Positions 21,554-30,659 of a stretch of DNA of 64,000 nt are shown here, in pieces. The notes under the pieces were generated by a model. That model was not told where the DNA came from. It ran no database searches and saw nothing but the letters and a program-made list of their open reading frames with translations. This stretch comes from Candidatus Latescibacterota bacterium (GTDB lineage: Bacteria > Latescibacterota > UBA2968 > GCA-2709665). The stretch lies in contig CBDCOX010000002.1 of assembly GCA_965219995.1 (NCBI GenBank), positions 5,152,001-5,216,000 on the forward strand. Reading direction: 5' to 3'. A program made the translations under genes and the position numbers. Numbering within the stretch: position 1 is the stretch's first letter; the number at the start of each line of letters is the position of its first letter.

Positions 21554-23209
21554 ATGAAGTGGATTGCGGGAGTTGCGTTGGCGCTGGTCGTGCTGCTGGG
21601 CGCCGGCTGGATTTTCAGGGCGGAGATCGCCCTCTTCGGCATCGGTCTCATGACCACCTCCCAGCAGGACATCGGCCCGACACGGGAGATCAACTGGTCC
21701 ACCGGCGTGGATAGCGAGGGGCGCGACCCCGCCAGTCGCCCGCCCAACATCGTACTGATACTGGCCGATGACCTGGGATGGAACGATGTATCCATGAACG
21801 GCGCGAACCCGACTGTCCCGACCCCGCACATCGATGCGCTGGCGGCAGGGGGAGTGACCTTCTCGCAGGGCTACGCCGCCAACGCGACCTGCGCGCCCTC
21901 GCGGGCGGCACTGATGTCCGGGCGCTACGGCACCCGCTTTGGTTTCGAGTTCACGCCCACGCCCTCAGGCTTCATGCCCATCGTCAGCCTGGTCGGCGGC
22001 ACGATGGACCGGCCGCTACTGCCGGCCGCGGTGCCGAACCCCGAGGCGTCCAGCCTCGGCTTCAGCGAGATGGGCATGCCACCCTCGGAGATCACCCTGG
22101 CCGAACTGCTGGCCGAACGGGGCTATCACACGGCGCACATCGGCAAGTGGCACCTGGGGGGCGCCAACGGCATGGCCGCCCATCACCAGGGATTCGCCGA
22201 AAGCCTGCTGATGGCCAGTGGCCTGTACGGACGGCGCGACGACGAGGATGTGATCCAGGCAAGGCAGGACTTCGACCCGATCGACCGGTTTCTCTGGGCC
22301 GTCCTGAGCTTCGCCGCCAGTTTCAACGGCGGCCCCCTGTTCGAGCCGCCGAAGTACCTCACGGATTACTACACGGACGAGGCGGTCAAGGTCATCGAGG
22401 CCAACAGGGATCGTCCCTTCTTCCTGTACCTGGCGCACTGGGCGCCCCACACGCCGCTGCAGGCGACCCGGGAAGACTATGAAGCGCTGTCGGGTATCGA
22501 ACTGCACCGCGAACGGGTGTACGCCGCAATGATCCGGTCCCTCGACCGGGGCGTGGGCAGGGTGATGGAGGCCCTCAAGGCCAATGGCCTGGACGAGAAC
22601 ACGCTGGTGATGTTCACGTCCGACAACGGCGGCGCCGGCTACATCGGCCTGCCGGATGTGAACGACCCGTACCGAGGCTGGAAGATCACCCTGTTCGAGG
22701 GCGGCATCCGGGTCCCCTTCCTGGCGCGTTGGCCGGCGAGACTGCCCGCCGGTGCGACCTATGATGCGCCGGTTCATCACTTCGACATGTTTGCCACCGC
22801 CGCGGCTGCGGCCGGCGCCGACCTGCCGACGGACCGGGTGATGGACGGCGTCGACTTGACGGGATTCGTGACCGGCGTCGACACGACGGCGGCGCCACAC
22901 GACTACCTCTTCTTCCGCAGCGGCGCCGCGCAGGCGGTTCGGGATGCGCGTTGGAAGCTGGTGGTGAGTGCACCACGGGGCCTGCCCCGCAAGGAATGGC
23001 TGTTCGACCTCACCGGCGAAGGGGAGTGGACCGATCTCCTGGCAGAGCACCCGGAAGTCGCCGATCGGCTGCGCGGCGTGCTTGAGGCCCACAACGGCGA
23101 GCAGGCCGAGCCGCGCTGGCCCTGGACCGTGACGACGGTCGTCAACGTCGACCGCGACCTGTCGCAGGAGGACCAGCCGGGCGATGAGTTTGCGTACTGG
23201 AGCAACTAG
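21554..23209 (+). CDS. Arylsulfatase (formylglycine-dependent sulfatase)
   Basis: PNIVLILADDLG, CAPSRAALMSG (CxPxR), GKWHLG and FTSDNG motifs. Confidence 0.93.
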   Translation: MKWIAGVALALVVLLGAGWIFRAEIALFGIGLMTTSQQDIGPTREINWSTGVDSEGRDPASRPPNIVLILADDLGWNDVSMNGANPTVPTPHIDALAAGGVTFSQGYAANATCAPSRAALMSGRYGTRFGFEFTPTPSGFMPIVSLVGGTMDRPLLPAAVPNPEASSLGFSEMGMPPSEITLAELLAERGYHTAHIGKWHLGGANGMAAHHQGFAESLLMASGLYGRRDDEDVIQARQDFDPIDRFLWAVLSFAASFNGGPLFEPPKYLTDYYTDEAVKVIEANRDRPFFLYLAHWAPHTPLQATREDYEALSGIELHRERVYAAMIRSLDRGVGRVMEALKANGLDENTLVMFTSDNGGAGYIGLPDVNDPYRGWKITLFEGGIRVPFLARWPARLPAGATYDAPVHHFDMFATAAAAAGADLPTDRVMDGVDLTGFVTGVDTTAAPHDYLFFRSGAAQAVRDARWKLVVSAPRGLPRKEWLFDLTGEGEWTDLLAEHPEVADRLRGVLEAHNGEQAEPRWPWTVTTVVNVDRDLSQEDQPGDEFAYWSN

Positions 23210-23212
23210 CTG

Positions 23213-23641
23213 ATGAAGGTACTGAAGTGGTTGGGAGTCCTGTTCGGGATCTACGTGGTTTTCGTTCTACTGTTCGAGTTCGTCTATCTCGGGTACATGC
23301 AACCCAGCTTCGAGGAAGCCGGGATTCCGATGCTGGACATCACGACGACGGACGGCAGGGGCGAAGCCCGGGTACGCAGGTTGGCGCGGTTCGAGTCGGA
23401 AAACGGCAGTACCTACGTCTCGGCCCACCACTGGCCCCGCGGCTGGTACCACGAGCTGATGGTCAATCCCCGGGTCACGGTCGAGATCGATGGCGTAGCC
23501 GCCGAGTACATGGCGGTGGCCGTCGAAGGTGAGGAGTTCGACCGGATCGCCGCGGAGTTCCCGCTGGGCTTCGTCGTTCGGTTCCTCATGGGTTTCCCGC
23601 CGGAGCGAGACATCGTCCGCCTCGATCCCGCGGCCGGCTGA
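23213..23641 (+). CDS. Membrane-anchored deazaflavin-dependent nitroreductase/quinone reductase-like (DUF385-like) protein
   Basis: N-terminal TM helix, LDITTTDGRG and WYHELMVNPRVTVEI motifs. Confidence 0.65.
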   Translation: MKVLKWLGVLFGIYVVFVLLFEFVYLGYMQPSFEEAGIPMLDITTTDGRGEARVRRLARFESENGSTYVSAHHWPRGWYHELMVNPRVTVEIDGVAAEYMAVAVEGEEFDRIAAEFPLGFVVRFLMGFPPERDIVRLDPAAG

Positions 23642-23695
23642 GTCCCGGGTGAGCGCCAACCCGCGCTCGGCGCAGGACCCCGGTTGTTCCCGGCG

Positions 23696-23956
23696 TCAGT
23701 CAAGTTCCTCGGGGACCGCATCGCCAGGGTCCGCCGGCGCGCCGCCATCGCGGCGCAGGATGCGCAATGCGGCATCGACATCCGCTTCGTCACGCCGCAG
23801 CGCGAAGAACTCCGCCGTTTTCATGGCGGAGACCTTCTCGGCGACGGCCATCGCAACGAACTGATTGATGCTCGTGCCCTCTTCCCGACTGATCTCGGCC
23901 ACCGCCGCCTTCAGCGAAGCGGGTAGGCGGAGCGGGTAGGTACTCGTCTGCTTCAT
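23696..23956 (-). CDS. Ribbon-helix-helix (HicB-like) antitoxin
   Basis: YPLRLPASLKAAV..SREEGTSINQFVAMAVAEK; ATGA overlap with the upstream PIN fragment. Confidence 0.8.
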   Translation of the reverse strand: MKQTSTYPLRLPASLKAAVAEISREEGTSINQFVAMAVAEKVSAMKTAEFFALRRDEADVDAALRILRRDGGAPADPGDAVPEELD

Positions 23957-24122
23957 TGCCGAATCCTCCTCAATGCCTCCCGGGGGCGGATCAGTTCGAT
24001 GCCAAAACGGTGCGGCGTGTCGCCGTAGTCCCGGAGGTTGAATGTGACCAGCGTGTCGGCGTTCCCGTTGATGGCGGTCTCCAACACCATCTCGTCCGCT
24101 GGATCGCGCAGTTGCGGGCGCC
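23953..24122 (-). pseudogene. PIN-domain toxin, C-terminal fragment
   Basis: Manual translation gives RPQLRDPADEMVLETAINGNADTLVTFNLRDY...; the N-terminal VxDTNV half is missing. Confidence 0.7.
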
Positions 24123-24358
24123 GATCCGGCGGCCATCGAGGCGGTGCTGAAGCACTATACTTGCGTGAGATGGCTCATGCGTTGCGCTGCTCCCCATCGG
24201 GGTCTGGAAGCCGATTCGGGGATGGCATGGTGAGCGGATCGAGTCCTTCCGGGCCGGACGGGGCCTCATTTGACGAGCCCTCAGCCCGTAGGCGCTTGAT
24301 CGCAAGCCGCGAGTTGCCGGTTGCGCGCCGACGCCGGAGTCGATGAGAGGAGGAAACC

Positions 24359-24661
24359 ATGGCGGCGGGAACGATTGAATTGATTGCGCGGTTTGTTCGC
24401 GAAGCCCGCAGATTTCCCTTGACATCCGAAAAACGGCCATTCGATACAATGCTCCGCCGAGCCGAGCCGAGCCGAGCCGAGCCGAGCCGAGCCGAGCCGA
24501 GCCGAGCCGAGCCGAGCCGAGCCGAGCCGAGCCGAGCCGAGCCGAGCCGAGCCGAGCCGAGCCGAGCCGAGCCGAGCCGAGCCGAGCCGAGCCGAGCCGA
24601 GCCGAGCCGAGCCGAGCCGAGCCGAGCCCGCTACTTGGGTCTTCATGGAGCGGCCACTTAG
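24359..24661 (+). CDS. Leader ORF containing the (GCCGA)n tract; probable out-of-frame 5' part of the large surface-protein gene
   Basis: AGGAGG at 24348-24353 lies 5 nt before ATG 24359. The ORF reads through the repeat as (AEPSR)n and stops 36 nt after it. Confidence 0.6.
   Translation: MAAGTIELIARFVREARRFPLTSEKRPFDTMLRRAEPSRAEPSRAEPSRAEPSRAEPSRAEPSRAEPSRAEPSRAEPSRAEPSRAEPSRARYLGLHGAAT
24456..24625 (+). repeat. Perfect pentanucleotide simple sequence repeat (GCCGA)34
   Basis: Counted directly: 170 bp, 34 units, followed by a partial GCC. Confidence 0.97.
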
Positions 24662-24816
24662 GGCTATCCGCCTCTCCGCCTGAGCCTTCCGCCCCCTGCC
24701 GTCTCGGCGAACGCCGGCCCGCTTCTCCCTCCAGCAGACTCGATCTTCCTGCCTCCCGCGTCCTCGCGGGCTTTCGCCGTGCCGGCCGATGCCTTTGGAG
24801 CGGTTCCCTGGCGGCC

Positions 24817-27800
24817 ATGCTGCTCTGCGCCCTCGCCGTTCCAGCCGCCGCACAAACCGTCTCCGTCCCGGCTACCCAGACAGTCGCTGAACCGGCAACG
24901 CACACCCGTGTGTCCATGACCTTCACGGGTCCCGGAGGTGATGGTGACTACGCGACACCGGAGATAGTTTCTGGGGGAACTGCGAGCGGGCGGGAAACAA
25001 ATGGGTCCATATCCTGTGCTGTCGGCGACGACTTCGTGGTGGACCGGAGTGACAATGGCATCACAATTACTGCAGGGCAGAGTACGCACACTCATGATAC
25101 CTTCACAGTCTGCGCGGACACCGTGGACGAACCGGACGAGACTTTCACCATCGGTTGGGCCACGAGTGTAGGAAACCCGTTTGACGCAAACGCCTCCAAT
25201 TGCACTAACAATTTCTATTGCACCACCACCTTCACAATCACCGACGACGACCCGACGGAGGTGAGCCTTGCGCGGGTGGGTTCGGGCGCGGTGACCGAGG
25301 GCGGCAAGATCGAGTTTACGGTGACACTGGGCCGTGCGCTGGTGGCGGGCGAGACCATAGACGTGCCGCTTTCGATCGGCGGCACGAACGTCACCGCCGA
25401 CGATTGGAGCCTTGCGCTGAAACCGGGCGCGGTCAACACCGGGGTCGCCCGGCGCATCGGGAGCGTCGTCCGCTTCTCCGGCGCGGGCGCGCGGACCGCG
25501 ACGCTGGAACTGACCGCGGTGGACGACGGCACGGCGGACCATAACGAAACCTTCGACATCGCGCTCGGCGCCAACACCGACTTCGACGACTCCAGCCTTG
25601 GCACCAACGTCGGCGGCGGCGCGGACCCGCACAACACCGACAACGCCTTCAGCGTGACTGTCAATGAGCCTCCCCCGGACGTGTCCGTACACCCCTCCGA
25701 TGCGATCGGCCGCGAAGGGGGCGGCGACTGGGCGGGGGTGGAGCTGCGTCTGGCGCGCGCCCTGGAATCGGGCGAGACCCTGACGGTCGACTACCGCATC
25801 GACATTGGTCTCGGCGCGGTGAACGAATCTCACGATGGCGTGTCGGTCACCCGCGCGGTGGCCAGCGGCGTCACGAGCGGCACGCTGACGATCACCGGCC
25901 CGAACGCCCCGCGAAACATCACTCTCCGGCTGAGACCCGCGGCCAACAGCGTGGACCGTTGGGAATCGGCCGTGAAGACGGCCGAGTTCAAACTGACGAA
26001 CGTCTCGGGCGTCTCGGGCGCCGAAGCGGTGGCGGGCGCGGACAGCGCGAAGGTCTTCGTGAACGACGGCTCGGCCAGCCGCTACACCTACATGAACGTG
26101 TCGGGCGGGTCGACCAATGCCACGACCACCCGTGTGGTCAATGGCGCGACGACCGTGCGGCTGGACGGCAGCATCGTCGAGGAGGGGGGCAGGGTGTTGG
26201 TGCTGCTGGACGGCAAGGCGGGACGGAAACGGAATGCGGGAAGGCCCTACGACCCGCACAACGTCACCGTCGGCGTGCAGCACCTCACCACCGACTTCGA
26301 CGACCTCGGCGAAGCCCACCGCGGCCACGATGCGTTCGTCGGGTTCCTGAGGCGGGATGTGGCCACGAAAACCGACTACTACAACGTGGGGGTGCTCGGC
26401 ATGGGCTTCTCCGCCGAGATGTGGATTCCGATATCAAGCGACGGCGTGGCCGAAGGCGACGAGCGCTTCCGGGTGTTCATCGCCGGGACGCCCGACTACA
26501 TGGGCGTGGAGGGCGCCTACAACGCGACGAACGACAGGGCGCCGGGCGTCGACTTCACGATCAGGGGCCAGCCGGGCGGCGGCCAGCGGGCCGAGGAGCA
26601 ACAGGCCGTGGCGCCGCCTGCGCCCTCGGAGACTGTATCCAACGTCCAGGTGACGGCCGTGGACGCCGCCAACGCAAAAGTGACCTGGGATGCGGTGGAG
26701 CACGCCACGAGCTACGAGGTGGAATACGAGACCACCAGCACCCTGGTGGATGAAGACAACTACGTGCAGGGCGTCGCGTTGGACTGGACGGACACCGAGT
26801 GGACCTTCCAGCACGACGCCGCCGAAGCCATGACGCTCACTGTTACCGTCACTCCGGCCTACGAGGACGAATACGGCGACGCGCAAGTACTCGACAATCT
26901 GGCCGGCACCGCCACCATCGACGTGGCTCCGTCGGGCGGCGGCGATTCGATCCGCGGCGGCGGTTCCACGGACAACGTGGACGCGGGAACCGGCAATACG
27001 CCGCAACAGCCCGACTACAGCGCCCTGAAGGACACGGTGCGGGGGTATGCGGAAGAAACCCAGCACGGGGACGACCATGTCAGCCGCTGGAAGCGCGCGC
27101 TGGCCGGGCTGGGGGACGAGGACGCCATTGCCGAAGGCTACACGCCCATGACGGCCGACGAGGCCCAGGACATGGCGGACACCTATTCCGCCAGCCGCTG
27201 GAACCCGATCGTGGAGGCCCTGACCGATCTGGAGTCGAGACAGAGCGCGGAGCCGGAGCCCGATCCCATTCCCGAGCTGAGCCTGTCGCCAGGCTCGGCC
27301 GTGGATGAAGGCGCCAGCGCATCGTTCACGATCCACGCCAACCCGGCGCCCGCTTCCGACGTGACGGTCAGCGTGACCGTAAGCCAGTCCGGCGATTATC
27401 TGGATTCGCCCGGCGCCGGCGCCCGCACCGTCACCCTCGCCGCAAGCTCGGCAACGTCCAGTCTCGCGGTCGCCACCGTCAACGACGGCGCCGACGAGTC
27501 CGACGGCTCGGTGAGCGTAAGCATCGATAGCGGCGCGGGCTACACCGTGGCGTCATCGAACCATACGGCTTCGGTCACGGTGCGCGATGACGACGAGCCT
27601 CCGCCGGCGAAGACCCTGGGCGCGTGCGTGAGTGTTTCCCAGTGGGATACGGTGGCTGGCTATTACGACAGCAACGCCTACCGGTCTCCGAACTACGGAG
27701 CGAACTGGTATCGCGTGCTGATCGCCTATCACGAGGACCGCGGCGACCAGACGATGCCGGACTGGGTCGGTTCCACATCGAAGCCTTCGAGTGCCTATAC

Positions 27801-29340
27801 CGTGGAGGAGGCCGAACGGGGCGAGACCGTGTGGTCCGGCTGGACGCCGGTGCGCAAGGTGCTTCAGTGCCTTGAGAAGGAAAGCGGCCAGTCGTTCGCC
27901 CCGCTGCTGCCGAGCTCCTCCAATTCGGCCCATGAAGGCGTGGTGCGCTTCGTCAATGCCTCCCCGCAAGGCGGCTCGGTGAACATCCGGGCCACCGACG
28001 ACAGCGGCTGGAGCCCGCCCCCGGTCACGCTTCATGTCGGCCCCGGCGAATCGATCCATCTGACCACCCGGGATCTCGAGCAGGGCAACGCCGCCAAGGG
28101 GCTGAGCGGTTACCTCGGCGCGGCCACGGGCGACTGGCGCCTGGATGTGTCGAGCGAACGGGACATCGAGGTGCTGCCCTACGTGCGCGCGCACGACGGC
28201 CTGCTCGCGCCCATGCGCGCCATCGCGGAGGCGGAGCGCGGGGTGCACCGCGTATCGACCTTCGCCCAGGCGCACGATCCGGGCGCCCCGGGCCAGACGG
28301 GCCTGCTGCGGCTGATCAACCGGGGAGGCGAGGCGCTTGCGGCGCACATTGCCGGCACGGACGACGGCGGCGCGACAAGCGGCGAGGTATCGCTGGCCAT
28401 TCCCGCGGGCGCGTCCGTCCTTCTCACCGCGGCCGAACTCGAAGGCGGCGCTGCCGGACTGCGGGGCGCGCTCGGCGACGGCCGGGGGATGTGGCGGCTG
28501 AACATCGCCTCGGGGGGCGACCTGGCCGTCATGAACCTGCTTCGGAGCGGCGGCGGGCATCTGACGAACCTGTCGAGCGGCGCTTCTCCGGCACTGCGCT
28601 CCGGAGAAGTACACACGGTGCCCTACTTCCCCTCGGCCTCCGACCCGCTGGGCCGGCAGGGCCTGGTGCGCATCGTGAACGATACGGCGACCGACGCCGT
28701 GGTGCGCGTGCGAGCCCACGACGGGACCGGAAGGTACTACGAGCCGCTGACGCTCGCACTGGGCGCGGGCGAGGCGGCGCATCTGAACTCCCGGGATATG
28801 GAGATCGGCAACGCCTCCGGGGGGCTGTCCGGGCGCACCGGGTCGGGGACGGGCGACTGGCGGCTGGACATTGCGGGCCCACCGGGCGTCGGGGTGCTGG
28901 CGTACGTGCGCACGCCCGCGGGCGCTCTGGCGCCCGTGCACGACGTGGCGGACGCATCGGGGCGAACCCACGAGTTGCCGATGTTCAATCCGGCGGGCGG
29001 CGCCGACCAGGCGGGCCAACTGCGGATCGTGAATCCGGGGCCGCTTCCCGCGCGGGTGTTGATCCGCGGCAGGGACGACGGCGGCAACCCGTCCCGCGAT
29101 GTCGTGTGGCTGACCGTGGACGCGGGCGAGTCGAGAGTCGTGGAGGCCGCGGAACTGGAGACCGGCCGGGCGCTGCGGGGCGCGCTCGACGGCGCGCTGG
29201 GCGACGGCGCCGGCAACTGGCGCCTCGAGGTCGAATCCGACCGGCCCGTCTTGCTGATGAACCTCGCCGCAAGCCGCGACGGGCGAATCGTCAACCTGTC
29301 CTCCGGCACGAGACGAGCCGCGGCCGGCGTGAATCGCTGA
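24817..29340 (+). CDS. Large exported surface protein/adhesin (Calx-beta/Ig-like and FN3-like modules, four C-terminal ~120-aa repeats)
   Basis: Signal-like LLCALAVPAAAQ; Calx-beta-like DTVDEPDETF, DGVAEGDERF and NDGADESDGSVSV; FN3-like VTWDAVEHATSYEVEY; four repeats of G.(V/L)R..N...GxWRL. Confidence 0.8.
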   Translation: MLLCALAVPAAAQTVSVPATQTVAEPATHTRVSMTFTGPGGDGDYATPEIVSGGTASGRETNGSISCAVGDDFVVDRSDNGITITAGQSTHTHDTFTVCADTVDEPDETFTIGWATSVGNPFDANASNCTNNFYCTTTFTITDDDPTEVSLARVGSGAVTEGGKIEFTVTLGRALVAGETIDVPLSIGGTNVTADDWSLALKPGAVNTGVARRIGSVVRFSGAGARTATLELTAVDDGTADHNETFDIALGANTDFDDSSLGTNVGGGADPHNTDNAFSVTVNEPPPDVSVHPSDAIGREGGGDWAGVELRLARALESGETLTVDYRIDIGLGAVNESHDGVSVTRAVASGVTSGTLTITGPNAPRNITLRLRPAANSVDRWESAVKTAEFKLTNVSGVSGAEAVAGADSAKVFVNDGSASRYTYMNVSGGSTNATTTRVVNGATTVRLDGSIVEEGGRVLVLLDGKAGRKRNAGRPYDPHNVTVGVQHLTTDFDDLGEAHRGHDAFVGFLRRDVATKTDYYNVGVLGMGFSAEMWIPISSDGVAEGDERFRVFIAGTPDYMGVEGAYNATNDRAPGVDFTIRGQPGGGQRAEEQQAVAPPAPSETVSNVQVTAVDAANAKVTWDAVEHATSYEVEYETTSTLVDEDNYVQGVALDWTDTEWTFQHDAAEAMTLTVTVTPAYEDEYGDAQVLDNLAGTATIDVAPSGGGDSIRGGGSTDNVDAGTGNTPQQPDYSALKDTVRGYAEETQHGDDHVSRWKRALAGLGDEDAIAEGYTPMTADEAQDMADTYSASRWNPIVEALTDLESRQSAEPEPDPIPELSLSPGSAVDEGASASFTIHANPAPASDVTVSVTVSQSGDYLDSPGAGARTVTLAASSATSSLAVATVNDGADESDGSVSVSIDSGAGYTVASSNHTASVTVRDDDEPPPAKTLGACVSVSQWDTVAGYYDSNAYRSPNYGANWYRVLIAYHEDRGDQTMPDWVGSTSKPSSAYTVEEAERGETVWSGWTPVRKVLQCLEKESGQSFAPLLPSSSNSAHEGVVRFVNASPQGGSVNIRATDDSGWSPPPVTLHVGPGESIHLTTRDLEQGNAAKGLSGYLGAATGDWRLDVSSERDIEVLPYVRAHDGLLAPMRAIAEAERGVHRVSTFAQAHDPGAPGQTGLLRLINRGGEALAAHIAGTDDGGATSGEVSLAIPAGASVLLTAAELEGGAAGLRGALGDGRGMWRLNIASGGDLAVMNLLRSGGGHLTNLSSGASPALRSGEVHTVPYFPSASDPLGRQGLVRIVNDTATDAVVRVRAHDGTGRYYEPLTLALGAGEAAHLNSRDMEIGNASGGLSGRTGSGTGDWRLDIAGPPGVGVLAYVRTPAGALAPVHDVADASGRTHELPMFNPAGGADQAGQLRIVNPGPLPARVLIRGRDDGGNPSRDVVWLTVDAGESRVVEAAELETGRALRGALDGALGDGAGNWRLEVESDRPVLLMNLAASRDGRIVNLSSGTRRAAAGVNR

Positions 29341-29563
29341 GCCCCCGGCGGCGGCAGGGGCGCCCGACGGCGCCTCGCCGCCGTCGGCGATCGACTTCGG
29401 GGGTTCGGGAGCCCACCCCACCACGGCGCGGTGCAACGCCGTGCGTCGTTGATGCCAACGCCCCTGTTCGGGTACACGTCCAAGGCATCCTGCCAACCGT
29501 TGACTCCACCGGGACGCGAGCGTAGCGTCCGACGAAACGTACGTGACGACGGGGCAAGGAGCG

Positions 29564-30652
29564 ATGCAACGACACTCCCTCACCGCGCTGCTGGCGGGCT
29601 TGGCCGTCCTGCTGGCCGGCGCCGGCGCCATCGCCGAGGCGCCGCGCATGGACGACGGCAAGCCCGACTTCTCCGGCACCTACGACATCACGACCCTCAC
29701 GCCCTGGCAGCGCAACCCCGACCTGGGCGAACGGAGGCACTTCACCGCGGAGGAGGTCGCGGAGATCAAGAACACCTCCTACGGCCGCGTGGAGCAGGCC
29801 GCGGCGCCCCTCGACCCGGACCGCGCCGCCCTCGAGGCGCCCACCGGGGAGGCGCGTGACCGCGGCGTCGACCGCCCCGGCGGCTTCGCGCCCGGCAGCT
29901 ACGACTATCACTGGTTCGACTGCGGGGGGAAGCAGTGCGACCTGTACCGGATCGACGGCCAGTACCCCTCGTCGGTGATCGTCGACCCGCCAGACGGCCG
30001 GATCCCGGAGGTCTCCGAGGCCGGCAAGGCGCGCCGGGCGACGCTGCTGCCGTACTACAAGGCCAAATACCCCGGCGAGGCATGGTGGCTCGAGGACGGC
30101 ACCGACCCCTACGACAACCCGGAAGCGCAGTCGGTGGGCGATCGGTGTCTGTACATGGGCCTCACCGTGCCGTCGCAGCCGGTCGTCTACAACAACACCA
30201 AGACGATCGTGCAGAACGACGACCAGGTGCTCATCGTCACCGAATGGATGCACTGGCCGCGCATCGTGCGCCTGAACTCCGAGCACCTCCCCGAGGACAT
30301 GCGCTCCTTCGGCGGCGACGCCATCGGCTGGTGGGAAGGCGACACGCTCGTCGTCGAGACGACGAACTTCATCGACTTCAACGCCCCGCATCCGCCGAGA
30401 GAAGGGCTCAAGGTCATCGAACGTTTCAGCCCCATCGACGGCGACAGCCTCCTCTACGGATTCACGGTGCACGACCCCGACTACGTGGCGCCCTACTCCG
30501 GCGAGTTCCCGTGGCACAGGAGCGACTACCCCATGTACGAGTACGCTTGCCACGAAGGCAACTACTCGATGGCGAACACGCTGTCCGGCGCGCGGGCGCT
30601 GGAGCGCAAGTGGATCGCGGAGCACGGGACGCCGGAATCCGAGGAGGAGTGA
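29564..30652 (+). CDS. Exported conserved hypothetical protein (PDFSG...YEYACHEGN family)
   Basis: Signal peptide; GKPDFSGTY, GWWEGDTLVVETTNF, ERF and YEYACHEGN motifs. Confidence 0.75.
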   Translation: MQRHSLTALLAGLAVLLAGAGAIAEAPRMDDGKPDFSGTYDITTLTPWQRNPDLGERRHFTAEEVAEIKNTSYGRVEQAAAPLDPDRAALEAPTGEARDRGVDRPGGFAPGSYDYHWFDCGGKQCDLYRIDGQYPSSVIVDPPDGRIPEVSEAGKARRATLLPYYKAKYPGEAWWLEDGTDPYDNPEAQSVGDRCLYMGLTVPSQPVVYNNTKTIVQNDDQVLIVTEWMHWPRIVRLNSEHLPEDMRSFGGDAIGWWEGDTLVVETTNFIDFNAPHPPREGLKVIERFSPIDGDSLLYGFTVHDPDYVAPYSGEFPWHRSDYPMYEYACHEGNYSMANTLSGARALERKWIAEHGTPESEEE

Positions 30653-30659
30653 GGGCCGC

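Noticed and set aside
24419-24450. Sigma70 promoter TTGACA...TACAAT just before the repeat
   Set aside because: The spacer is 20 nt rather than about 17, and the site lies inside the RBS-led leader ORF. Not excluded, but unsupported.
24456-24625. CRISPR array or a real (GSARL)n minus-strand protein
   Set aside because: No spacers and no cas genes. The minus-strand ORFs are by-products of a stop-free pentamer repeat.
24850-25250. Diversity-generating retroelement target
   Set aside because: No reverse transcriptase or template/variable repeat pair is visible in the window.
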